Below, in pieces: positions 15,001 to 21,423 of a DNA stretch of 64,000 bases. The notes under the pieces were generated by a model, which was given only the letters and a program-made list of their open reading frames with translations, had not been told where the DNA came from and did no database searches. The stretch lies in IMG/VR virus record IMGVR_UViG_3300032295_000548, positions 32,001 to 96,000 of that record. One strand, given 5' to 3'. The translations under genes and the position numbers were made by a program. The DNA comes from a virus. Its lineage: Duplodnaviria > Caudoviricetes. How positions within the stretch are numbered: position 1 is the stretch's first letter; each line of letters opens with the position of its first letter.

Positions 15001-16122
15001 ATTTCTTCATATGTATCCGGTGGATATATATGGGCAAACAATTCATACACACTACAGAACTTAGAAGTAACTGATACTACAAATGATCCTATCTTAGGTA
15101 ATTATTTAACTGTCAGTTCGGTTGACCAATTAGTAGTAGGTACTCCTGTAGTGTTTACTGGTACCGTATTTGGTGGGGTATCTACTGATACTACGTACTA
15201 CATTAAATCTTTGGTAAGTGCTACAGAATTTTCTATATCACTTGTGCGTTATGGTGATGAAGTAGTGTTAACAACTGCATCAGGATCTATGTATGTTACG
15301 CAGTGGGAACAGGACAATGTTGATAGATTATGGGTAACGGTAAACGGTTATCGTGTACCTTCAGCTAGCTTGAGATTAAATCCCAACAATGAAGTCAGTA
15401 TATTAACAACCATTGCTTCTGCTGATGATGTTATCATAACAAGTATGATGCCAAGTGCAACACCTAACGAAGAGGTATTCTTAATCAACGTTAACCAACA
15501 AGGATCGGGTGTTGCTTATCGTGCAAATACTCAAACTAGAACTTGGTTAGTAGCTCCATTGAGCAACACCGATACTATCATTTATGTAGATGACGTTACT
15601 AAACTTACTGACGTAGTTACGCAAGTTGAAACAGTTCCTGCAGTTGAAGATGGATATTTCTATATTGGTCTAGAAGCAGATAAGAGAATTATCTCTAGTG
15701 TTACTGTTTACAACAATACTACTAGTCAGACTATCTCTAGCAGTAACTATGAAATAGTGATAGAAAATCTATCTCCGGTATTGAAGATTACTGCAGGGGC
15801 ATATATAACCGCAGGAAATTCACTGACAATCACTGTGCTTGAAGGAAACTTGTTATACGTCAACGGAGAACAAATTAAGTTTAGTTCAGTAGACCTTGCA
15901 AATAATGCAGTTACCGGATTACAGCGTGGTACTAATGGTACCGGAGAACAAACGTTTATTCCGTTATATTCAGAGGTTTTTAGTATATTGTCTAACAACC
16001 AAATGTCAAGTGTGGACTATTCTGACACTTGGAATTCTGCGGTCTATAATACCGTTGAGGGTGACCCATTACAGATTAGTACTACGGAGTCAGCAATTTT
16101 CTTGCGAGGCGATGTTAACTGA
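1..16122 (+). CDS. Giant virion structural protein (baseplate/tail-associated), 5'-truncated, >5370 aa
   Basis: The frame is open from base 1. It has ~15 copies of a beta-rich module (F..G.PI.F.G..FGGL..G.TYYV), FG-GAP-like repeats (GDRFGYSIS..IVIGAPY; AQFGTSVA..ILVGAPY) and Asp-box-like propeller repeats (S.DG.TW). It lies next to tail genes. Confidence 0.75.
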   Translation, partial: EVYVNNVTVPHDEYTVVVGPDTTTVTLTTDPIIETVIQILVLSDQVSQTAYYSIPVNLNNNPLNADITVANLGDIRGQYQSIFYNNPNTTGEVFGPNNYRDLGNMVPWGDRIIQNSASMVLPGAFLRKQEHNLFNALMFNSREYVKFKNLLAYTVQNSDYTQRYDPATLLDDALDQITASKNDSQPFFWSDMLPNKAAYVSNTYSFANSLDVSIYPLTRVYDYTTANYYGVLVYLTRTALGVTTTQQLIKGQDYTISTTAPSLTVSLDLLPGDVITIKEYNQTYGSYVPNTPTKLGLYPAYTPEVILDSNYSTPTYFIRGHDGSYTKLYGEYDALTGLLTDFRDQTSLEFELRVYNNLKISSVIPIKEYEVVPGFFREIDYTYEQWLSIYSSGFLNWVGQNRLNYKIQFYNSNDNYSYNYYQSGNAINKAPISQGYWRGIYQYFYDTTTPNTTPWEMLGFTEMPSWWTGRYGPAPYTSDNLVLWTDLSEGIDWNNGDPVVIPQAVRDGLLEIIPVDSAGNLLPPIDSVVGAYNQRLFQRDWKVGDGAPVEFSYRRSSSYPFDLMRIMALTKPAQFFNLGVDVDHYKYNAEFNQYLVNNRSHLRMSDIDVYGSGTPVTSYVNWVVDYEKQVGINATTNITEMFNNMDVRLVYRVAGFTDKSLLKFYVEKGTPNSRNASLLIPDESYSVLLYDNQPFNRIVYSGVIVQINSTGGYNIFGNSQTNAYFKTLKPKYAGKYDTIEVEGLSVKVTPEHYSTEQLIPYNTTLYTAQEVSQFLADYGAYLISLGMKFEDTESGLEINWAQMIAEFLYWAQTGWAPGSIVTLNPSAKKLTIDKDSNIVQPLTIQQSNFVLNQNLYPIQTNDLSIVREGTAFSATALNDGDTISYGQFNLSNFEHGIVFDNVTLFGDIIYNLTTGLRQNRIALRGTKSADWNGTVNAAGFIYNQDNIKEWNRTVKYTKGEIVKYKNKYWIATKIIQASEIFKEADWKRTDYDEVQKGLLPNSSTRSYESSLYYDIDRANLENDADLLSFSLIGYRPRDYMALADLTDITQVNVYKNMIKNKGTLNAASAFRGANLPQGGIDYEIFENWAIKAGEFGGVLNNNFVEFRVNEKNMTGNPAIVGLTDGVYNVGVQQEVPLYSLFNYGRPITNVDVLPTNEVDTPNTIYPDAGYVNYNDVKMSAFFYSQLGVAVDKNGSIVPIEDFFVRDYVWLANYLERWEVYTPVAMGQVVSARNNLNETVTITFNKPHNLRQYQPFAIVNFDLAIDGYYLATIVIDQYRVLVNRTLDTSIKTITGQGVAMKFSSQRVATPAEIADLPLTDAEFRKNTVWVDTNGSGSWGVYRKGINYTLTSQVTKTSSQSLGSAVAVGDQLGYLISDADLGQVYRYTYNDLSQSYELVQTITGSASFGSTISYAGDVYAIAQTTGGSRTVKLYQLQNTTTSDDLVLIQTIPYETGATTWGTSIAMSGNLDWIYISDIDNNTVHVYQRSNISTTAGNFESTETYVINEIGTTDFTLIGATSNDVGVKFIATGVGTGTGVATKITYNVVTIIDGDALGLTNPGDRFGYSISTDYDGDEIVIGAPYKDYGAYDKWGQSYVFQKLYQNIEIQYNTIAPTSQTLQLAWTPDTTQFTVTATNATTDRITLTVAMDPIADLDKPIIFSGSGFGGTEIVTEKVYYVSTISGSNITIKQTRESTTDVALSTAAGLTNTYAYLQDDTLFVSKNGTLVQDNNYAVINDTLIYTNSLDAGDILNVSGHFITIVQTLTTEQTPQTGAQFGTSVATNIHASEILVGAPYQLNTQVSEGVVYRYTDPGVVYGIYTGTTDCNVTTTRKLLINGFLTYIPAGDASDAADAINSAQITNVAATNIDGKLAIFLIDSDLAPAFEKLFIGVTDDQTLTELGIQTYTLTQEILCPHTEGPTQFGTVIKFNEYGSFVASAPVGTRFSATTFDFIDDENQDNDTLFDNNATNWIDESPNFGAVYMFDYISQYNESLANIGKFVYAQSVNSPNLVYTPFNTYDQETDVTSSNQPRYGTALDFNNYGVIVGTPGDVGATTGTEYAGSATVYNNSLRVKDWSLYRYSAPIVDINKLFNIQLFSAETNQTLINLDYIDPLQGKILGAVRENIDIVSNVDPASYNNTATVNGNLVWGADYVGKIWLNTKNMRYVNYHQNDDVSYNSQYWATLFPGSDVAVYSWVASNVLPSSYQGPGIPLSINSYSIQYVINESGALTPVYYFWARNTNIINDSKTLSDSIIASYIENPKASGISYFSPILPSVYGLYNSNEYINANDSVLHIGFATGTNNDVSHEQFNLIRAGFASDFLPGVPLLSNEAPDSLYDRLLDSLCGVDETGAIVPNPYLPKAVQTGILARPRQSFFFNRYTALKNYLQYANSILAQFPITEIRQSSFLNSNGIFYDTADYWEYINWWSTGYDNNTKSALQVLNYADLSTLSVVTGTIVSVTSNSNGRTETYVYESSGNWRRIGLENGTIRFKTSLWDYESVRLGFGDNFFDTDLYDIYPSEETRKIVRALNEQIYTDDLLVYRNRSLILLFEYIQSETTENQNYLPWLNKTSFIDVAHTIRELRPIEVFQSDNQDFLSGYMNEIKPYHVVIKEFLFKYTGEEVYGGNITDFDLPSKYSAAQAQFITPQLVYANSNGVNQFTPDDPIWEEQEYSQWFENHGLSITGENEVQMTTLASYLSLNTNSFAVDNAQGFPINGILTIGTEQIGYSSVDRALNVLSGLTRGVNGTTIAQHIPGQLIYMNLPAVLLLDGGRGYVEPPKVTAYIDTTLYPAPTVPAVLTAVMNLDSVLRVDVVNPGQGYAVLPKIIIDPAITVPFTSADVNIFSNTIQVYAPLLQTGDLVQYKVGTDSTAIGGLENNQWYYINVLETVPSVVIGFYDNYADCIDNHDRLRLFDAGTGSNHTINQGAKASAISTSAPVRENDIVLRFDRTTYDSQVLEWLAGRYYGAFYAGTYSNSESVSSSSISLQSTQPPIADILASAQGVAFEITDLRNERVVNYSSFIRYVDSTYAANEVIRLELQDDGSGNPNASGGTIGFYVGMPIKFTGDVGSSGIITNQVYYVNSIINQTDFTISESSTGSPIKVLSNWTVGPAGLQCYVGEVTDTAVITVNYPGILNVTATQSTVNKLTVPLNVTGSGGTEGFYINLPIFFTGTDSNLPQNGVFGGIVENEVYYVTTVVDNQTFTMSEEKDPQTFNVTATVASTDTVVIDGDTSKLTVNEPIIFNTMVVAGTETSSFGGLVSGTTYYVSSIVSPSSFTISTSINGAIVALSNVSAASNTSALCTSQKNTLALTTTTGNNMVVNVSLPVSPGQVNGQLFTLYETSGQYPSLDGTDGNLITRGLAALIGQRTIDSVVVDVNAIVLTNFNPGDTVALGLTNIYINMPIEISNDLFYNNVLVPGTTYYVVEKDTIEIEVTNTSSSTNELTCDTTELLFADMPIIFSGAGIGGAEIDVEYWVKEVVSDTRFTITNTPGGLELTLSTASGLMTGTGLPYIKVATNIGDPAIFPGNTQQSASISAANPAVITVSGAPTDGDTVIFRNGEAPAGMALNTTYYVRNATNTTFNISLTSTGSLINTSAGVAKTSTMVITETTTIDQTPLTVPQFDVSYILGGYRVLITNQGSGYAVDNTIVIPGTDMGGTTTLNDLTLTVNTIDSEGEILSVICSGTVPGDSNQYYLKVISSTEFELYANQLMTVPVSGLNLPYVGITETTVTATQSSTDIITVSSTSGFSVNDAVVFTGSSSGGMVQGQTYYILDNINFTATTLQVSETPNGSVFQLTTAVSQNYTMAKFGSVALLPEPFIFNQSIVKYNNRVYVCVVSNNDQEFVFGKWELLTSGDRRLNAMDRVMGYYQPTVNMPGKDLSQLFEGVTYPNSTYLGNPFAPDQQYAVDTILQDQAFYPTDVDIHAVVWDGTRYIAAADMSTYSSVLSSLTTDEWAIQKLANTPINTTDMIYAGGYYLLTTNNSATPIFRSENGITWTTNGYFTPWGSVPYDTTTYDFTALSISSLNLNSVGYRNGIWVSVGDGVISSDDTYIWRQRFTFGNPLLTNILYGVNGIDITAFQGFIAVGKGQQMDYSSGIGVTINVSIILTSTDGITWNQLAPVSSKGLYGITHNGTNALAVGEDGVIYISNNGGNWLGVNEVTVISVNASSNYLNVTSTTGFAVNDQVVFSTSFNVFTAGTTYYVKTIVSGTQLQLSTTLGGSVVTLTAADPSTTTYMSAIATHDLVDVLYANGVYVAVGDNGYVITSMNGYDWAQRTTGTSENLNGIAYNADDDIWIAVGENNTILVSYNDGTDWTSSSVFAPQTTTYDVQGAEFTYGYGPEELVPGVVTDNITMTVATRPGTNWDETIYQHVGYNVVSIELTPTSGTQTLYSFDVGNLYNIQNPAQIAVYEINGSTGLGTAIYNTVDYTINWVDFSITLNSPLPFTPVTNKLRVDIYEVGNGNQLVKASTKTDPIRMHENTGWNEIYVNCNYSGQIYQGSGVIRPDTNPVDVEATETDSTSNTILCASVKDFFLNEPITFQGAVFGGLAEDTTYYVKTISYVTNRITVSTTINAGTGTAGPTLALTDATGSMNIIIKVGYGEVWTTPIIYHNGNKLLLGTTSTVTRTKASNNAVTTNTTGGMIVGERIVFSDTMFGPVLAPQTTYYVKTIIDANEFTVSATLGGPVLALTDATGGAEFITNDYAFGIAENGITASIIFATGDYDDNVDYITYTLFGETTPTQYGYTIPETQLITADGTVGPFSLDNYVSDNNPTNAVVELNGLRLINTTDYTIDDNTNEITFTSAPTLGDVIAVTTYNQTDRQYLNTQYGITGITVSDIVDINNTITPYSATTNCTNTTSGTNRITCVSTGGFAVGQTVEFKGATAFGGLAIDGTVYYIRSIVSGTQFTIEDEDGNIVTLSTATGLVIAYVGGQQAVRVITGSAHNLSEGDLVRIDGTVGSVQLNNNTYYVHVINSTEVDLYLDQPYNSGLAAINYPVTNISSYVSGGYIWANNSYTLQNLEVTDTTNDPILGNYLTVSSVDQLVVGTPVVFTGTVFGGVSTDTTYYIKSLVSATEFSISLVRYGDEVVLTTASGSMYVTQWEQDNVDRLWVTVNGYRVPSASLRLNPNNEVSILTTIASADDVIITSMMPSATPNEEVFLINVNQQGSGVAYRANTQTRTWLVAPLSNTDTIIYVDDVTKLTDVVTQVETVPAVEDGYFYIGLEADKRIISSVTVYNNTTSQTISSSNYEIVIENLSPVLKITAGAYITAGNSLTITVLEGNLLYVNGEQIKFSSVDLANNAVTGLQRGTNGTGEQTFIPLYSEVFSILSNNQMSSVDYSDTWNSAVYNTVEGDPLQISTTESAIFLRGDVN

Positions 16123-16126
16123 AAGA

Positions 16127-16136
16127 TAAATAAATA
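16127..16136 (+). promoter_or_regulatory. Putative late promoter (overlapping TAAATA boxes)
   Basis: TAAATAAATA in the intergenic gap; the motif recurs in most gaps and resembles the T4 late promoter TATAAATA. Confidence 0.45.
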
Positions 16137-16138
16137 AT

Positions 16139-16291
16139 ATGAGCAATAAATCCACAGAAACTACAGAAAAAACACACAAAAAGCCTGAATCCAAGCCTAA
16201 TGAGCATGGGGGCTTTTACTTTTCTTCACATCTAAATATTTTTGATCCAAACACCAAACAAGTTTTAGTTCAAAAAAGAGGCGATAACTAA
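16139..16291 (+). CDS. Small 50-aa protein resembling the N-terminus of the downstream gene (not in ORF track)
   Basis: MSNKSTETTEKTHKKPESKPNEHGGFYFSSHLNIFDPNTKQVLVQKRGDN*. It fills the gap and has a TAATG overlap with the next ATG. Confidence 0.75.
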   Translation: MSNKSTETTEKTHKKPESKPNEHGGFYFSSHLNIFDPNTKQVLVQKRGDN

Positions 16292-16911
16292 TGTCAGGAA
16301 TACAAATAACATATCAGATTGAAGGTTTTCTTAAAATCCATGACCCCAATACCGGGGAAATTTTAGTGGATAAGAAAAATGCTATCAATTACGAGAATAT
16401 GTCGGAAGCAATTGCTGACACATTAAGCAGTCGTGGTTACGGTGAAATTTATGAAATGGCCTTCGGAAACGGTGGCGCAAGCGTAGACGAAACCGGTGTT
16501 ATTACATATCTGCCGCCCAATACAACGGGTCAAAATGCAGCCTTGTATAATCAAACCTATACAAAAATTGTTGATGACACTAGTGTTTTCAACTTAGATC
16601 CTACACGTAACAAAATGACAGTTTCTCATACAACAGGGAAAGTTTATACTGACATTTTGGTTCAATGTTTGCTAGATTACGGTGAGCCTGCAGGGCAAGC
16701 CGCGTTTGATAATAGTACTCAAACGGATGGTGAGTATGTCTTTGACGAACTTGGATTATTAGCCAATTACGGCACGGACAACGACGGGAATGTTATAACC
16801 AGACTATTAACGCATGTTATTTTTCACCCCGTTCAAAAGTCTCTAAACAGACAAATTCAGATAGATTACACGGTTAGAATTCAAGCACTAACTAACTTGG
16901 TAACTATATAA
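16291..16911 (+). CDS. Tail/baseplate protein (tail-collar/fibre-attachment-like)
   Basis: 206 aa with a FDELGL...LLTHVIFHPVQKS...IDYTVRI pattern like tail-fibre attachment proteins; structural context. Confidence 0.55.
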   Translation: MSGIQITYQIEGFLKIHDPNTGEILVDKKNAINYENMSEAIADTLSSRGYGEIYEMAFGNGGASVDETGVITYLPPNTTGQNAALYNQTYTKIVDDTSVFNLDPTRNKMTVSHTTGKVYTDILVQCLLDYGEPAGQAAFDNSTQTDGEYVFDELGLLANYGTDNDGNVITRLLTHVIFHPVQKSLNRQIQIDYTVRIQALTNLVTI

Positions 16912-16913
16912 GA

Positions 16914-16919
16914 TAAATA
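16914..16919 (+). promoter_or_regulatory. Putative late promoter TAAATA
   Basis: Lies in a 32-bp gap upstream of the GGAG RBS of the tail-fibre gene. Confidence 0.4.
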
Positions 16920-16943
16920 AGAAGAATATCGGAGTGATTTGAA

Positions 16944-18161
16944 ATGGCATATACAATTGTTAAAAGTGATGGGACAGTTTTAACGACAATACCTGACGGT
17001 ACAATTAATACAACCAGCACATCTATCGGCCTTCCTGGCAGAAACTATGCTGGTTATGGACAAACTTTGGATACAAACTTTGTTCACCAATTAGAGAATT
17101 TTGCGGATACTACACCCCCATCTAATCCATTACGCGGTCAACTTTGGTATAACACAAATAATAGTACATTATATGTTTGTCCTACTGACGGTGAAGCAAA
17201 TGCTTTAGCTTGGTTAGCACTAACATCAACTAGTTCAGGTGGTACAACTACTTTTGGTGCATTAACTGTTACAGGAAACGTTCAAGCAAATAATTTGGCT
17301 GCAACCAACAATATTACAGGTAATGCGGCATCATTGAATTATCTTACAGTGTCAGCAAATGCTAATATTGCAGATGGAAATCTAACGACAGCAAACATAG
17401 GTACACTACGCACGACTACAATTACTACTGGAGCAAATTCTACTGCCGGTACGATAACAGGTACGTGGACAGCAAACGGTGGATTATCGGGCAACGCCAT
17501 CATTATAACTAATGGTAACTTGTTTATAGGTAATAGTGCAGGTGCAAACTTATACGGTGTTAGAACAGACAAGTATATGTATGCTAACGGTGATCCTATC
17601 AGTTTTGCAGGTACATATAGTAACAGTAACGTTGCTAGTTACATGCCTGTTTACAACGGCGCAATTCTTACTACAACTACACAAGCAACTACATTGACAA
17701 CAGGTGCAAATACTACACCAGGTACAATTACTGGTAACTGGACATTAAGTGCAGGTTCAAGGTTCAATGCTACATACGCCGACTTGGCCGAACGTTTTGC
17801 GGCTGATAGTGTATATGATGCAGGTACTGTTGTTGAATTGGGCGGTACGGAAGAAATTACTGCCGTTCAGTATGAACTAAGTGAAGATGTTTTTGGTGTT
17901 ATTTCTGATACTGCTGCCTATCTAATGAACGCAGGAGCAGGTAGTGACAAAACTCACCCGCCCGTTGCAGTTTCAGGACGAGTAAAAGTCAAAGTTACAG
18001 GCATAGTTAAAAAGGGTGAGCGATTAGTTAGTGCAGGCAATGGTATCGCACGTGCGGCAAAAGCAGGTGAAGCAAATGCATTCAACACTATTGGTAGATC
18101 ACTTGAAGAAAAAACAACAACAGACACTGGCACAGTTGAAGCTATTGTTATTATAAGATAA
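16944..18161 (+). CDS. Tail fibre/spike protein with C-terminal intramolecular chaperone (peptidase G2-like) domain
   Basis: T/N/G-rich beta-stranded body; C-terminal YADLAERF...GTVV..GG..EIT...FGVIS...PVAVSGRVKVKV. Confidence 0.7.
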   Translation: MAYTIVKSDGTVLTTIPDGTINTTSTSIGLPGRNYAGYGQTLDTNFVHQLENFADTTPPSNPLRGQLWYNTNNSTLYVCPTDGEANALAWLALTSTSSGGTTTFGALTVTGNVQANNLAATNNITGNAASLNYLTVSANANIADGNLTTANIGTLRTTTITTGANSTAGTITGTWTANGGLSGNAIIITNGNLFIGNSAGANLYGVRTDKYMYANGDPISFAGTYSNSNVASYMPVYNGAILTTTTQATTLTTGANTTPGTITGNWTLSAGSRFNATYADLAERFAADSVYDAGTVVELGGTEEITAVQYELSEDVFGVISDTAAYLMNAGAGSDKTHPPVAVSGRVKVKVTGIVKKGERLVSAGNGIARAAKAGEANAFNTIGRSLEEKTTTDTGTVEAIVIIR

Positions 18162-18170
18162 GGATAAAAG

Positions 18171-19121
18171 ATGAGTTACGCACAATTTGGTTTAATTGAA
18201 GCCACAGACTTCAACAATCTTGTTGGTGGTAACCCTGTAACTTCAAGCGGTAAATTGAATACTGTTTGGGCGACTGGTGGTACAAACGCAGGATATGGGC
18301 AGACCGCGGTTGCCAACGTTACAGTGGGCGGTACTGTTGCTGCCACAGATTGGGCTAACCTTGTTAACAGAACTTCAAACTCTGCAAGCCATCAAGGAAC
18401 AAGCATTACATCTGTTACAGCACCAAGTGCTGGAGGAACAGTTACATATTTGTCAGCTATTCCTACTAACCTAACTACTATATACACTAGTAGATTAAAT
18501 GCTGCCGCACAGGGTTCAACTACATCAAACACTGCAACTTATGCAACTACTTGGAGTTCAGCACTAACATTTACACATACCGCTACATTTGCTAACGGTG
18601 ACGCCGCACGTTATTTCTTTAATGCTGGTGGTCAACTAGCGATAACTTGTTCGCATCCAAGTGGCACTGGTATCAATTTGTTATTGAATAACCTTGCAAG
18701 TAACGTTGGCACTGTAGTTTTAAGTAGCCCAACATCGGGTACAGTAACGATTGCTGGTACTAGTTATAATGGTATAACTAAAGTGGGCGGCGGTGGAAAC
18801 TCTCCAACTACATCACCAAATACTGGTTACTTTGCACTAACAACATCTAACGCTACTGTCTTTACTCAAACTGCAAGTACAGGTCCAAGTGGTTATCTAA
18901 GTACTTTCATTCGTGTACTTGTTAGAAGTAATGGTACTCAAGGATCAAACGGCGACGCCGGATCTGTTATTACTATCTCTACTATTTGGGATGAAGTTCC
19001 CGATGGTCTAACTGCGGCTGCCAACTCAGCAACTACCTTAACAGTTCGTCCACCAGCAACTACACACATAGCTAACACTTGGGGTGCAATTACCCTAGCT
19101 GGTACATCAACCGGATCATAA
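18171..19121 (+). CDS. Thr/Ser/Gly-rich virion structural protein
   Basis: 316 aa, low charge, ARYFFNAGG motif, in the tail module. Confidence 0.6.
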   Translation: MSYAQFGLIEATDFNNLVGGNPVTSSGKLNTVWATGGTNAGYGQTAVANVTVGGTVAATDWANLVNRTSNSASHQGTSITSVTAPSAGGTVTYLSAIPTNLTTIYTSRLNAAAQGSTTSNTATYATTWSSALTFTHTATFANGDAARYFFNAGGQLAITCSHPSGTGINLLLNNLASNVGTVVLSSPTSGTVTIAGTSYNGITKVGGGGNSPTTSPNTGYFALTTSNATVFTQTASTGPSGYLSTFIRVLVRSNGTQGSNGDAGSVITISTIWDEVPDGLTAAANSATTLTVRPPATTHIANTWGAITLAGTSTGS

Positions 19122-19147
19122 TTTTTAATCAAGTGCTTGTGTCTATC

Positions 19148-19153
19148 TAAATA
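19148..19153 (+). promoter_or_regulatory. Putative late promoter TAAATA heading the glycan operon
   Basis: Intergenic, upstream of the AGGAG RBS of the 19170 ORF. Confidence 0.4.
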
Positions 19154-19169
19154 CTCTTAGGAGTGATCT

Positions 19170-19475
19170 ATGGACACAAAAACTTTAATTAGCGAAGCTA
19201 AAGCCCGATTTAGCCACAACGCAGCCAAATCATATCTAAAGGAAAAATATGAAACTCGGTTGATAGTTGCCGAGCAAGGCGGGCTTTGGAGAGCAAATCT
19301 CCAAACAATCAATTTTTTAAACAATTCTCAATCAGATACTGTCATTCTTGTTGATAGTTTTGAGAATCCGGTACAAGTAAACCGTGCAGAATTACTAGCC
19401 AAACTCAATGAAACATATGAATCTGTTATGGGCGAATGGCTAACCGAATGGGCAGAACTAGAGAAGAAACGATGA
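19170..19475 (+). CDS. Hypothetical protein (possible fibre assembly chaperone)
   Basis: 101 aa, AGGAG RBS, ATGA overlap with the next gene. Confidence 0.6.
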   Translation: MDTKTLISEAKARFSHNAAKSYLKEKYETRLIVAEQGGLWRANLQTINFLNNSQSDTVILVDSFENPVQVNRAELLAKLNETYESVMGEWLTEWAELEKKR

Positions 19476-20281
19476 GTAGAGGAGCACTACTCTTTGCCTT
19501 CAACTCACCCAAATACAATTACTACGCAATGGCGGAGTATACCGCAAAGAGAATCAATCATTTTTTGGGCATGCCTGTAACCATAGTTACAGATAAATCC
19601 AGTATACCTAATAATCCATCTTACAAGTTTGACAATACTATTGTTGTTGAACCCGATAAGAATAACATTCGTGATTATATGGTTTGGATTAACAAGGGTA
19701 GATACCAAGCGTATGAACTTAGTCCATACGATGAAACCCTATTACTAGATACAGACTACATGGTTAACAGTGATAGTTTGTTGAAAACATTTGATATATG
19801 TGAAGATTTTTGCTGTCACGATACAACGTCATTCTTGATGCATCCCAAAGCACCTCAAGAAGTATTGAGCGCATATAGCTTCAAAACACTGTGGGCTACA
19901 GTAATTACATTTAAAAAGACACCTCGAGCAAAACAAATCTTTGAATGTCTAGAAATGGTTCAGAAAAACTATGAACACTATGCTAACATTCATAGTTTTA
20001 TTGCTGGCGTATATCGCAATGATTATGCATTGACACTGGCATTACGCATTGCTAATGGACACCTTATAGATCATAGTGATATTATCCCGTGGAATTTAGT
20101 TCACGTTGGTAAGAACACCTCAGTATATTCAGATACTGACAATGAATTCAACACAGAATATACAGTGATGTTTGATAACTGGCAACGAGGTAAGATTCGC
20201 AAAGAATATATTAGTCTCAAAGGTACAGATTTTCATGTGATGAACAAAGAAAACTTTATGGAGTTAATTAAAAATGGATAA
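19472..20281 (+). CDS. GT-A fold glycosyltransferase (GT8-like)
   Basis: ELSPYDETLLLDTDY (DxD) and YRNDYAL motifs. Start moved to ATG 19472 because of the ATGA overlap. Confidence 0.65.
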   Translation: MSRGALLFAFNSPKYNYYAMAEYTAKRINHFLGMPVTIVTDKSSIPNNPSYKFDNTIVVEPDKNNIRDYMVWINKGRYQAYELSPYDETLLLDTDYMVNSDSLLKTFDICEDFCCHDTTSFLMHPKAPQEVLSAYSFKTLWATVITFKKTPRAKQIFECLEMVQKNYEHYANIHSFIAGVYRNDYALTLALRIANGHLIDHSDIIPWNLVHVGKNTSVYSDTDNEFNTEYTVMFDNWQRGKIRKEYISLKGTDFHVMNKENFMELIKNG

Positions 20282-21077
20282 AGGGTTCGTTATTATTTCA
20301 CAAGATGGTGGAACTTTAGACACATATCAAAAATGTGCAGAAGCATTAGCAAAGAGCATAAAACGCACAATGCCAGATGCAAAAGTGTCTATCATCACTA
20401 ACAACAAAATTAAAAATACATCGCTGTATGACAAAATCATTCCATTGCCGTACGGTGACCAAGCACCTAAAAGCTATTGGAAACTAAACAACGACTGGCA
20501 AGTATATGATGCTAGTCCATATGAATACACTATAAAATTAGAAGCAGATATCTATCTTCCTCGTTCGATAGATCATTGGTGGGATGGATTGAAGCATCGT
20601 GATTTGGTAATATCTACAAAGATAAGAGATTTCAAACAGGACATTAGCCCATCACGTGTATATCGTAGATTCATTGATGACAACAAATTACCTGATATGT
20701 ATAACGCAATCACATACTTTAAGAAGTCTGATACTGCTAAACGGTTTTTTGAAATGGTTCGTTATGTATTTGAAAATTGGTCTGACATTAGAGCTACTTT
20801 GAAAGGTAGTCCATATGAAGAAGCAACCACTGATTGGGTATATTCATATGTAGCACATGTCATGGGTGTTGAAAATTGCACGTTGCCCGGATTTGACGAA
20901 ATGAGTATGGTACATATGAAGCGACTTATCAACAATCTCCCTACTGAAGATTGGACTGATGCCTTAGTGTATGAGATACTTCCACATACATTGCGTATCA
21001 ATTCTTGTCCACAGCTTTACCCTTTCCACTATCATATAAAGACTTTTTCTAATAAAATACTACAAGCCTATGACTGA
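20274..21077 (+). CDS. GT-A fold glycosyltransferase-like protein, paralog of the upstream gene
   Basis: ASPYEYTIKLEADI (ExD variant), AITYFKKS..AKRFFE, TDWVYS; motifs collinear with 19472. Confidence 0.6.
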   Translation: MDKGFVIISQDGGTLDTYQKCAEALAKSIKRTMPDAKVSIITNNKIKNTSLYDKIIPLPYGDQAPKSYWKLNNDWQVYDASPYEYTIKLEADIYLPRSIDHWWDGLKHRDLVISTKIRDFKQDISPSRVYRRFIDDNKLPDMYNAITYFKKSDTAKRFFEMVRYVFENWSDIRATLKGSPYEEATTDWVYSYVAHVMGVENCTLPGFDEMSMVHMKRLINNLPTEDWTDALVYEILPHTLRINSCPQLYPFHYHIKTFSNKILQAYD

Positions 21078-21423
21078 AATTAATCAAGATGATGAAATAT
21101 TAATTCTTTGGGAAGCACCAAAGATTGAGATACCTGAGTTCCGTTTGTACTATGATGAAGATACTGGTAGGGTTATTTGCTACTCCTGCGAAAAGCTAGA
21201 AGGTAAATACATTGTCATTGACTCACTAACTTATGCTCAAGCTAGACCAGACGTTCGAATTATTAATGGTAAGATTTCAACTGCAAGTAATCATGCAATT
21301 GTATCTAAATTAATGCCACATCCTACTAAAGGTCAGATATGTGAAGAGGAAGATATAAGCGTTATATCAGTCGAAGGTAATAACACTATCAGATGGAAGT
21401 TAAACACATATGAACTCAAGTAA
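21070..21423 (+). CDS. Hypothetical protein
   Basis: 117 aa, overlaps both neighbours. Confidence 0.6.
   Translation: MTEINQDDEILILWEAPKIEIPEFRLYYDEDTGRVICYSCEKLEGKYIVIDSLTYAQARPDVRIINGKISTASNHAIVSKLMPHPTKGQICEEEDISVISVEGNNTIRWKLNTYELK

Noticed and set aside
16270-16290. CAAAAAAG as a -1 frameshift fusing the 50-aa ORF to the 206-aa gene
   Set aside because: The heptamer is not in the A_AAA_AAG phase, and the -1 frame hits TAA at 16285-16287 before the next ATG.
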